Shown in pieces: positions 1-10,499 of a stretch of DNA of 56,570 bases; position 1 is the stretch's first letter; every line of letters starts with the position of its first letter. Both the position numbers and the translations under genes were made by a program. The notes under the pieces are model-generated. The model did no database searches and was not told the DNA's origin. It worked only from the letters and a program-made list of their open reading frames with translations. The stretch covers positions 1 through 56,570 of the forward strand of contig CAJVPI010000089.1 in NCBI GenBank assembly GCA_910592345.1, read 5' to 3'. This DNA comes from Paraglomus brasilianum (lineage: Eukaryota).

Positions 1-518
1 GCCGCAAGAGGAAACAACAGGTATCCGGTTAGAATATGGAATGGAAGTAACAAAGCACTCGCTCGAGAGAGGTAAGAACTGGTGATTGTCGTTGTCGTCT
101 TGGTGGTAATCTTTTGTCTAACAACAACTCCTTGCTCATTCGTCTCGTCCTCCACAATCTTTTCTACTTTCTCATATACTTCTCCATACAACTTTCGTAC
201 ATCGGCCTTTCTATATTTCCAATACAGCTTTATTCCTCTTTTAGCTAATCCTGATAATACATGTCCCCAGAAGGCTCCAAACACAACAATGGGTTCAAGC
301 AGTCGATTTTGATAAAAGACGCGACCAAGAATGATGGCTTTGTTTGTCAAATGAATACCGCCAAAGTTGGCTAATGCAATAGCTGATAAATGCGTTACCA
401 GGACGGTGGAAAAGACGATAGCAGTGCCAGATTGAACGATCGTGAGGTACCCATACGCTTGAGGAAGGGTGGGTCTTCCACTTGTTGTGCTACTGCTCGT
501 TGGCTTTGATAAAGACAT
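1..518 (-). CDS. MCP1: MCP1/DUF1691-family mitochondrial outer membrane protein, 5' part (3' end outside the window)
   Basis: Hand translation from the ATG at 518: MSLSKPTSSSTTSGRPTLPQAYGYLTIVQSGTAIVFSTVLVTHLSAIALANFGGIHLTNKAIILGRVFYQNRLLEPIVVFGAFWGHVLSGLAKR...FHILTGYLLFPLA. The frame is open to the edge. The H...R.FYQ...E.....H...G and H..TGY motifs are recognised as MCP1-like. Confidence 0.75.
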   Translation of the reverse strand, partial: MSLSKPTSSSTTSGRPTLPQAYGYLTIVQSGTAIVFSTVLVTHLSAIALANFGGIHLTNKAIILGRVFYQNRLLEPIVVFGAFWGHVLSGLAKRGIKLYWKYRKADVRKLYGEVYEKVEKIVEDETNEQGVVVRQKITTKTTTTITSSYLSRASALLLPFHILTGYLLFPLA

Positions 519-1205
519 TGTGAAGAGTAGATTGAGTTTGAGCGAAAGGGAATACAAAGTAATTGAGATATATGCTCTCTCGCTCCAAGGGAAAAAAAAG
601 ATGTACCCCAGTCAATCCACGTTCTTATTTTCCCTCCTCGGAACCCCTTGTTGTACGTCATCGGAATGTGTAAATTGTTCGCTTGGGTACCTTTCTGCCA
701 GTTATATAATTTGTTTGTTACATTTCCTACGTATTACAATGTCTCAAAAAATGTGATTAGATGAAAAGTTTATTTGGAATAGGGTAACAGTACAGTAAGG
801 CGGGTAGCTGCACATGGATTCATCGATACATTAATTGCAGGTATCCAATTATGGACTGTTTATTTTAAATTACAACGAGGCACAGTGATAGGAGAATTAT
901 ATGTACAAATAAAGATGATGGCGGGTCTTGATAGGTCTGGTATAGCGGAAAATATGAATCTGCTTTTTGACATGACAGAGACTCGTGAATGGTTAACACC
1001 ATATATTGAACATGGCTCGAATATAGAATGGCATTCCCATTGGACATTTAGCATGTCAACATATCATTCTTATTTCTACGTCATGCAATGTCGAAGACTC
1101 AGAGAATTTTCCCGTTATGGAAACGTTTAATATTGATCGATCGTTACACCACAAGAGCCAAAGATGTAGTAGGCGAAAAAAATATTATCATTAATTGTAT
1201 CAAAG

Positions 1206-2988
1206 ATGAAATTTAAAGCTTTAAAAAATGTTGATGGTCCTGTTCTAGGTATTTACTTGCCAAAAGAGAACCGGAATTGGTATCAACGACAATGTTTTAC
1301 TAACAAACTTGCTCATACGTTTAGCCTCTTATACTGGCCCAGTTCCGTCCGACTCTCAGCATTACAAAGTCTTTAAAGGCCCTATAATAAAAAATTCCAA
1401 AACTGCAAAGCGCTTTATTATAGCCGAGGATGAACATGTCGATTATGTTGCAGAAACTTCCGATAACGATGACTCACAGTGTGAGTAAGTATTGCAAACA
1501 TTGGATGGGCGGACTTTAAAATTTGGGACTGCGATCTAATTTCAAGCTCCGATGTTGATAGATACATGGCCGGTATATACAATGAACGTACAAAAACGTT
1601 AGAGTTTATGAAAGTACCACTTTGCGAATTCGGTGTCAGAGTCAAGAGGGCGAGAATCGACAAACCTGAAGAAGAGCAACTGAACGTATGTAATATATAA
1701 CCAGTTTTGTGATTCATGTTAAGTCTTGCGATTTATACGAATAATCCAATCCGTTTTAACGGCCCTCCTTTATTTCACCAGTCAGGCAAACAGTGGGACC
1801 GTCTTGCTCTTGAATTTGGCTCCGCTAAAGCAAGAAAACGCATCAAAGATAAACGTCTATACTCGATCGATGAAGCAGACCTCGAGATTGCTCGTACTCA
1901 ATATCTTCCCAAGTTAGCTGCCGAAGTCGCAAGCAATCCTCGCACACGAGGTATTTACTGTGATCAATTTAATTTCTGTTCCGTAGCGTTAGAGTACTCA
2001 AATTATTTCGTTCTTTGAAAGGGCAAAATTCGGATAAACAAGGTGCAAAGAAATTTGATCCACGTCCTCCGTATAATAAAGATGCATCGACTCCGGCAGA
2101 GGTGTACAAGTTAGAAGACGTCATTCCTGATTTGGGTGATGTCGACGTTGTCCCCTTGTTCAAGGCAGCAAGTAGTGAGGCGCGAATGGCTTTAATCCCG
2201 ATTGCGTAAGTTACAAATATATAAAGAAACTGCCTTTTTTTATAAGAAATTCATCGTTTTAGGTTCTAATACCACGATTGTCTCTCTAGTTCACCCTACA
2301 TGAAAACTCATCTGTCCTCTGCCATTGCTGCCGACGATGTTCAGAAAACAAAGATTATACTTTATTTGACATACTTGATTGCATTCTACAGAATGGGAGA
2401 AGAAGGACAGATTCGGTCTAGAAATTTTGTGGAAAAAGAACTCAAGACTGCTAGCAAGTCGTTAATAGACAGCCTGTATCATAATTTTAGTGAAACTCCC
2501 GCCGGCATGCGTACCAGGTATTAGAATGCTCGGTTCAACAGTTCATTTATTGTTAGCACAAGATTAATAATCAATTATGTCTGAATTATATAGAGCAATG
2601 TTCACAAAACGAGCCAGCGCCAAGTTGTTGTCGTATATATGTATCATTTGCCTAATCGTTGACAATTTCAGGGTTGAATTTGGACAGCTTGCTACTGATC
2701 TTCAGATCCAAAAGGCCAAGTATGCGATCTAGTTTGCAATTGGGTTTGACACATGTATTCTAATTATGAATTTATTGATCTAATTATACTGCGTTGCATA
2801 GACTTAGTAGATTCTTTAAGAATGTCGGATGCACAGTCGAAACTCTCACAAAAGCCGAACGAGAAAAGTTGGGTGTCAGTTACCGATACGCATCAGAACA
2901 CAAATTCGCTGTGCTTCGGATACCATTTACTATTCCTGAGCAGCAATCCCGAAAGGGTACGAGCAGGAAGACATTCGCCAATGCGTGA
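1206..2988 (+). CDS. RPA49: RNA polymerase I subunit A49 (multi-exon)
   Basis: Spliced exons give MKFKALKNVDGPVL/ASYTGP..., YMAGIYNERTKTLEF, LALEFGSAKARKRI, PPYNKDASTPAEVYKLEDVIP, KLLSYICIICLIVDNF and FFKNVGC..AVLRIPF. Introns are GT-AG. Confidence 0.85.
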
Positions 2989-3191
2989 TGTGAAGAGTAT
3001 CTTATAAACTACAAACTGGGGATTGTCGGAATAGAGAAATTGACAAGTGATAAAGTCAAACGACAAGAATAGACATTAATTAAAAATCTGTGTTGCTTTG
3101 AGTTAATTGGCATATAGTCCACGTTCACTGATACTCGGAAGCGCGGTTTTTTATAATCTTTTTGTGCATACTTGATTAGTTCTGTGAATAA

Positions 3192-4396
3192 TTAGACGAG
3201 TAAGACGGCATTGATGCATCCATCGTTCTCGGGATTATTTGTGACTAGGAAAGAATTTTGCAGATTTTGGTTAGACACTATAGTTACGCATCGCCCAACA
3301 GACTCCAATACACACTTACTTTGAGCATACTTTCCCCACACCACTTTTCCTGACGTAGTAACAAGCCCGAGTTCAGAGACATTGACCTCTACCACCGTTC
3401 CCTTGGTTAACACGCCTAATGACGTATACAAAGGACTCTGTGGATTCTTCTTTACGGAAATTATTGGTAGACAAAACGTGGCCTTGAGCTCGGGATGTGT
3501 GACATTTGCCTTTTTGTATCTCAATGCCATTGGCCTTATGAATCGCTCGTATTTCGGAGGTTTACGCGTAAATCCCTCTCCGACGAATGTAGGTTTAGTA
3601 ATCATTCGTTTCCATTGTTTTGCTACAACGAATATGAGAATTATTTAGACCAAGCAGACGCTCGACAACGAGTTTGATTGACCCACTCTCGGTACTCACT
3701 CTTGTGCTTGCCAGTCTTTATTACTTTAAACATTTCGTCCTCTGTAATACCCCGCACTTTTGGTAGAGGAACAGTCCATTTGCCAGCTTTCTCCTTTCTC
3801 TTTTGTTTGATCATGTTTGATAGTATCTTTGCTCTCTGCTGACCTTCACGATCAAGTAGATATGTTGGAACAGCTCCTTCAGGGACGGCCTCTGCGTCCT
3901 TCTTTGTAGCTTGCTTTTCTTCATGTTGCTTGATTCTGAGGAAAGGTTACCAACCGTTGATAAGTAAACCAATGCGTATGAAGTAATTTATAAGCCAAAT
4001 TAATGAAGAGAATTAAAATTACAACTTACGTCTTTTTCATCTGTATCTTTTCTGCATGACGCTTCTTGTTGTATAATTTAGCACGAAGCCCATGTACAGT
4101 CTTGGCAAATGTGGCAGCACTGTGTGCTTCACGGGCAGCCCGTTTTCGCCTACAAGGATGCAAGGATCCAAGTTAAAATTTATAACGAAGTTTTTTAGCC
4201 GATCGCTGGGAATCTTTGTAAATGGAATACTTACTTCCGTTCCTCATAATCTAGTCGACGCCCATGCCGTCTGATCGATTCTTCAATATACTCATTCTGT
4301 GGCTATTTTTTAGAATTACGTTGATAAGCGTATGATTAGTTTCTAGGTAAAAGTCTCAGAACTACTGTAGCATGCATGAACTGGTGCTCCTACCAT
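3192..4396 (-). CDS. NSA2: Ribosome biogenesis protein NSA2 (multi-exon; exon 1 is the ATG only)
   Basis: [23 protein letters not shown]..., [38 protein letters not shown], and C-terminal [16 protein letters not shown]. Confidence 0.97.
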
Positions 4397-5280
4397 TATG
4401 AAAAGCGAAAGTGTCTGTCGAAAAAATTTCAGATGTATGGTAATGGTAACTTATGCAAGGCGCCGATCATGCCGTAAAGGCCATGACTCGAAATGGAACA
4501 ATCCAAGACTAGATATTTATTAATACGCTATACAGTCTATATCATCACTAGTAGTTCACCACACCACTTAAATAAATAAAAATGCCCCCGCATACTCATA
4601 TTTCCTATCACCGAAATCTTTGAACTGAATGTAGGCGATTGCGTGTCATTTATTTCTGAAGATTATTTAAATTAACATGAATATGAATTATTGAATAATT
4701 CATCTACCAAAATACCAAAACTAATGCCCGTAAGTGGAAGGCGATTTCTTTAGAAACGAAAAAGGTAGTATGTCTTGATCATCGACTGTTCTGCCAAATG
4801 TTGATGGAAACGTTTGACCTAGACGTCATCAATAATACTGAATTGTCGCGGTCCTTATCCTGTAGACTGGTTAGCACCAATCGCAAGTCTAACAATTACA
4901 TTTTCTTATCTTCAGTCGATATTTCTTTTTCCATTTTTCGGATCATTTCGCTTTTATCTTCAAAATTCCTGTATTAATTCCTGGCGGCTGAAGTATGAAT
5001 CTTACTTTCATGAAGAATAACTAGATCGCATAAGCATCAACTTAATGTAACATTATGTACAATCGCTTAAAATTTAAATAGCGCAATATATAACCTTTAT
5101 AATGAAAGAAATATGCGGTGATGACATGTGCGGTATATATTAAGTGATATGTAAATCCAAATATTTATATGGCATTCATATTATTATTATTATTTTAATA
5201 AAATTGTTCTATAGATAACAACGAAACTATATATCGCAGCTATGTGCTGTAATCAAACAATTTTGCTTTTAAATGTTATA

Positions 5281-5428
5281 CATAGTGAAAGTCGATATAA
5301 CGGACCGTCAATAAAACGGACCTTTTCTGGAACGGAATTTGTTTACTAAATAATATCTGATATAAAACTCACAAGTCGATATTACGGACTCGTCGATATT
5401 ACGCTGGTCCCGAACAGTCGCACTGTAC
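5281..5428 (+). mobile_element. Tc1/mariner(pogo)-type MITE copy, left of the kinase gene
   Basis: TA|CATAGTGAAAGTCGATATAACGGACCGT start, internal GTCGATATTACG subrepeats, and a degenerate inner end CACTGTA. About 80 bp are homologous, in inverted orientation, to 10375-10457. Confidence 0.65.
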
Positions 5429-5540
5429 AAATAATGGTTAACTGCGTATATTGTACCATAAGAAGTATATCGTGTTACCCGAAATCCACTATATAGACTA
5501 CGAATGACATTATCGACTTGGTCTAACAGTTTACCTACAA

Positions 5541-8500
5541 ATGTCACAACATCCTTTGCATGCGTGGCAGAACCAACCATGGAACTGTCAACAAGAAGAA
5601 TCGGTGCGACAACAGCAGCAACAGCAACAACAGCAACAACAACACCATCAACAACAGCCCTCCCACACGTTGCTTAATATTAATCTAATGCAGCAGGAAT
5701 ACATGAATGGCCCAAATCAAGATTTGCTGACTAACTCACAAAACGGATTGCAAGCAGGACCACAGTCTCAACAAGACCAATTACCCACAGGTGTGTTTAC
5801 CTCTAGTGGTCTGCCAACGTATGTTATTTTGCAACCAACAGACGAGGGATTATTTCTGCGTAAATATGATCAATTTTCTCCGACAGGTTCGATTCAGCAA
5901 CCGGACGACGCTCTGTTCCCCCAACACCCCCAACAACAGTGGTTGTCGCAGTACCCGCATGCGAGACAGCGTACAATACAAACACCGAAAGAATTATTTA
6001 CGCCGCCGACACAATCTGAACACCAATCGGATCGACAAAACTTGGTTCAAGGAGTTTTTCCGATAGAGCATGTCCAATCACAGGTTCGTATATTCGGTTT
6101 ACTGTGAGGTAACCGTATCAAGCTCACACTTTATGACATTACAGGTTATTGCCCGCCCGTCTCAGTCACAAGGAAACGTATACCAAGATTCTCAGCGACA
6201 AAACGATATTAATCAATTAGGAAACGGGTATCCAGATCAACCTTCCCAGATAGAAACTGATGAGCGATCTTCGCAATCTCAAGTAATCAGTCAGCGGGGC
6301 CCTAATAACGTATATAAAGAATGGATTGAGAAAAGTATTCAAGCGGATTTTATTCGTTGTTATCCAAAAAGCGACATTGAAGTGCGTCGTTCACCTATTG
6401 CTGGTGGTGCCTATAGAGCAGGATATGAGGCAGCGATGAAACACAATAGATTGACTGTCGCCATAAAAACTTTGTATCGGAATGTCCACGGTTGTGAAGA
6501 AAAATTTTACAAAGAACTTGTTAAAGAGGTTTGATATTATTATTTTTTTGCTAGTATCGTACACTGTTTCATTGTTTTCTCATAATTAACATACGATTGG
6601 CATACATAGCTGAAAACCCACAAGAAAGTGGGCGGTCATCCGAACATTACCAAATTTCTAGGTATCTGTAAGTATACACATATAATCATAATTCGTTATT
6701 TATATATTTCTCTAATGCCATATGGATTTTTCAAGATAAAGACAAAGATGACAGGTGTCATATGATTTTTGAATTTGCCAATGACGGAACTTTGCGTGAT
6801 CACTTGATTCAACATTTTGATAGTTTAACATGGAGAGACAAGTACAAGCTCGGTTTGGAAATTACCAATGGTTTGGGACACATGCATAAACTTGATATCA
6901 TCCACAAGGACTTGGTAATTTGTGATTACACTTTATTTTGCTCACCATTTTATTAACAATTATAAACTAATAATTATTTATGCCCTAACAGTCCTCCTCC
7001 AATATTCTTATAAACGGAGGCATTGTAAAAATTACTGATTTTGGTTTATCTAAACATATTATATCCTCATCAGAAAGAAAAGGTGCAGCAGCAGCATACA
7101 TAGATCCCTTATCATTCAGAGTTCAATCATATAAACGTGGAAAGAAGTCTGATATCTTTAGTCTTGGTGTGCTGTTCTGGGAAATTTCTAGTGGGCAAAT
7201 TTCTTGTAAAAAATGCACCCATTATAGTGTGGCAGAATTTAGAAAACAAGGCTATCGAGATTCTCCATTTCCAGGAACACCAGAAGCATATGTTCAGCTA
7301 TATTCAGAATGTTGGAGTGAAAATCTTGATGAACGACCATCATGTGAAGAGATATATAAAAAATTAAATCTGTTATTTAATAATACAAGTCAGCATTTAC
7401 CAAGTAGAGCACTGGATCTTTCTTCAAAACTGAGAAGTGGAGGAGTGATAGCACTGACAGTTGCTTTAAAATCAAACCCTTTTGTTAATTCTTGGATACT
7501 TTCTTATAATCAGCTTGGAGATACAGGAGCAATAGCATTGGCAAAGGCATTAGAATCAAATTCTTCTTTGACTTCTTTGGATCTTGCTAGTAATCAAATT
7601 GGAGATACAGGAGCAACAGCTTTGGCAAAGGCTCTGGAATCAAATTTGCATTTGACATCTCTAAATTTATTTTGGTATAAAATAGGGGGAACAGGAGCAA
7701 TAGCTTTGGCAAAGCCTCTGGAATCAAATTCTTGTTTGACATCTCTAAACTTAGATCATAATATAATAGGAGATAGAGGGGCAACAGCTTTGGCAATGGT
7801 TCTGGAATCAAATTCTTCCCCGACCTTTTTGAAACTTTCTTATAATCAGCTTGGAGATACAGGAGCAATAGCATTGGCAAAGGCATTAGAATCAAATTCT
7901 TCTTTGACTTCTTTGGATCTTGCTAGTAATCAAATTGGAGATACAGGAGCAACAGCTTTGGCAAAGGCTCTGGAATCAAATTTGTGTTTGACATCTCTAA
8001 ATCTGGATCATAATTATGTAATAGATATAGGAGCAACAGCTTTTGCAAAGGCTCTGGAATCAAATTCTTGTTTGACATCTCTAAATTTGGAGAGGAATAG
8101 TATAGGAGATATAGGAGCAACAGCTTTGGCAATGGCTCTAGAATCAAATTCTTGTTTGACATCTCTAAATTTGGAGAGGAACAGTATAGGAGATATAGGA
8201 GCAACAGCTTTGGCAATGGCTCTGGAATCAAATTCTTATTTGACATCTCTAAATCTGGATCATAATTATGTAAGAGATATAGGAGCAAAGGCTCTGGAAT
8301 CAAATTCTTGTTTGACATCTCAAAATTTAGATCATAATAAAATAGGAGATACAGGAGCAAAAGCTTTGGCAAAGGCTTTAGGATCAAATTCCTCTCTGAC
8401 TTTTTTTGAATTTGCTAGTAATCAAATTGGAGATACAAGAACAACAGCTTTGGCAAAGGTTCTAGGATCAAATTTCTCTCCAATTTCTTTGGATCTTGCT

Positions 8501-9511
8501 AGTAATCAAATAGGAGATACAAGAGCAAAGGATTTAACATCTCTAAATCTAGGCAACAATAAAATAGAAGATGCAAAGGCTCTGGAACCAAGTTCTTATG
8601 CAGCATCAAGACCTATGTCAGCTATTCACCTCAGATTTAATCAGCTTGATGATGCACTGGATGATATCAACAAGTCACTAGAAATTGAACCAAATAATGT
8701 AGATGCATTGCATGTGCGGGCAACTATTCATCTCAAATTACTTGAATTTAATAATGCACTGAATGATATTAACAAGTCAATAGAAATTGAACCAGAGAAT
8801 GCAGATGCATTGAGAATGAGGGGTGACATTTATTTCAGGTTAAATCAGTTTGATGATGCACTGAATGATATCAACAAGTCAATAGAAATTGAGCCAAATA
8901 ATGCAGATGCATTAATAACAATGGGAAATATATATATCAATCTTTACCAATATGAAAATGCCTTGAATTGTATTAATAAGTCATTAGAGATAGAACCAAA
9001 TAACATGTCAGCATTAAGTGTGAGGGGGGCTATTTACAATTCTATTTATGAGTGCAAAAAGGCATTAAATGACTTCGATGCTATTTTGGCAATTGTACCA
9101 GACAACACACTAGCACTGAGTGCAAGGGGACAAACATATCTCAAGCTCAATCAGTATGAGACTGCATTAAATGATATCAGCAAATCATTAAAGATTGAAC
9201 CTAATAATGCATTTGCACTGAGTATTCGGGGAAGCATCTATCAAAAGATGAATAGATATGAGGAAGCATTGGCTGATCTTAATGAATCATTGAAGCTTGA
9301 ACCAAAAGATGCATGGACACTGAGAAGAAGGGGGAAAGTTTATTATATGCTTGATATGCTTGAGAAAGCATTGGTTGATCTTAATCATTCACTGGAGATT
9401 GACCCAGACAATATGTCTGCATTGAAAATAAGAGCAGTTATTTATCGCCGACTTTGTCAGCATAAGAAAGCAATGGATGATCTCAGTAAGTTGTGGGAAT
9501 TGAAAGAATAA
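5541..9511 (+). CDS. Q-rich / TKL protein kinase / RI-like LRR / TPR multidomain protein (exons about 5541-6083, 6145-6528, 6610-6667, 6736-6914, 6992-9511)
   Basis: Kinase motifs VAIK, HPNITKFLG, EFANDGTLRDHL, IIHKDL/SSSNIL, DFG, YIDP, SDIFSLGVLFWEI and CW..ERP, joined in frame across GT-AG introns. Followed by about 14 28-aa LRRs and about 9 34-aa TPRs. Confidence 0.9.
7470..8595 (+). repeat. 84-bp tandem coding repeat (LRR array) with high DNA identity
   Basis: Unit ...TTGACATCTCTAAAT..GGAGATACAGGAGCAACAGCTTTGGCAAAGGCTCTGGAATCAAATTCT. A block of about 145 bp from 7502 recurs at 7838, 336 bp (4 units) later. Units 8 and 9 encode identical peptides. Confidence 0.95.
8596..9490 (+). repeat. 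102-bp coding repeat (TPR array)
   Basis: Repeated ALNDINKS(I/L)EIEPNNADAL..RG at a 34-aa period; the first repeats are closely similar at DNA level. Confidence 0.9.
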
Positions 9512-10141
9512 ACTATTAGTTGTATTAATCAGAGGATTACAGTAGGGATGAAGCTAATAAATTACTTATTAAATATGCAATGTCCTTACTCAATGTTGGC
9601 AGGTAATGCATGATAGACTTCTACATTATAATTGTTGTTAGTATATACATCTTCTGAACACTTACTTCTTCAATATGGGAAATGTTCTGGTGAATAAGTT
9701 GTGTTAATTGTCTAAATATAAAGTACTAAATCAAAATTAACAGCTTCAATTCATGACCTCAAATATTTTACATAGTTTTTCATACATTTTGACCAAATTC
9801 AAATAAACATAAGAATACTTTATCTGTTATAGTTAGCTCTTTAATACTGTGTGTTTGTCAGCAGTTTTCTTTGTGAGGCAGCTGCACTCCCTCAACACAA
9901 CAATAGGTGTTGATGCTTAGTGATAAGGCCAATTTATTATAGGGCAACTTAAGTATTAATTCATAATTAACGCAAATAAAAAATTAAAAACTCCCATTCA
10001 ACAATCAGCTGATTTTGATTTTTTATCATTTGATTAGTAACACTCAACGAGAGACTTGCAAATATAGTAAGGCGTGTGTATAAATTTAGTTAGCATAATG
10101 CAGCGAATAAACGTTTGTTTTTACTTCAATTTCAAAGTATT

Positions 10142-10200
10142 TCAACTCAACTCAACTCAACTCAACTCAACTCAACTCAACTCAACTCAACTCAATTCAA
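10142..10200. repeat. (CTCAA)n pentanucleotide microsatellite, about 11 copies
   Basis: Directly visible: tcaactcaactcaa...ctcaattcaa. Confidence 0.97.
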
Positions 10201-10374
10201 TTCATTCAAGTTCAATTGAGGAATTGAAATAAGAGACAAAGATTGTTATATACGTTTTCAGAAATTTGGTTTCGCAAAAGATTTTTCCAAGTTATCACAA
10301 TCAACGATTGTAGTCGTTGGCGAAATTTACTCAACAGCACAACTACGGATCACCGTTTAATATAAAAGTCCCGC

Positions 10375-10457
10375 TATATTACTTAATAAAAATTCCGTCC
10401 CAGAAAAAAAGTCAAAATCAATTATATCAACGGTCCATTATATCGACTTTCACTGTG
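10375..10457 (-). mobile_element. Second, inverted copy (one end) of the MITE family at 5281
   Basis: Reverse complement reads TA|CACAGTGAAAGTCGATATAATGGACCGTTGATA...TTTTCTGGGACGGAATTTTTATTAAGTAATAT, matching 5279-5358. Confidence 0.7.
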
Positions 10458-10499
10458 TATTCAGTCATAGTACCGTGTGTGAACGTATTTTCGTCCTTC

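Noticed and set aside
783..1130. Open frame between MCP1 and RPA49
   Set aside because: No recognisable motif, and stops lie just upstream; it may be a relic but cannot be supported.
4419..4432. RRPE-like AAAAATTTCA upstream of NSA2
   Set aside because: A short AT-rich match is likely by chance, and no clear equivalent is seen at RPA49.
7587..8387. Repetitive minus-strand ORFs (LEMSNKNLIPEPLPKLLLL)
   Set aside because: Antisense shadows of the 84-bp LRR units.
7470..8595. CRISPR-like appearance of regular repeats with variable segments
   Set aside because: The period is 28 codons in an open LRR frame of an intron-containing gene, with no unique spacers and no cas genes.
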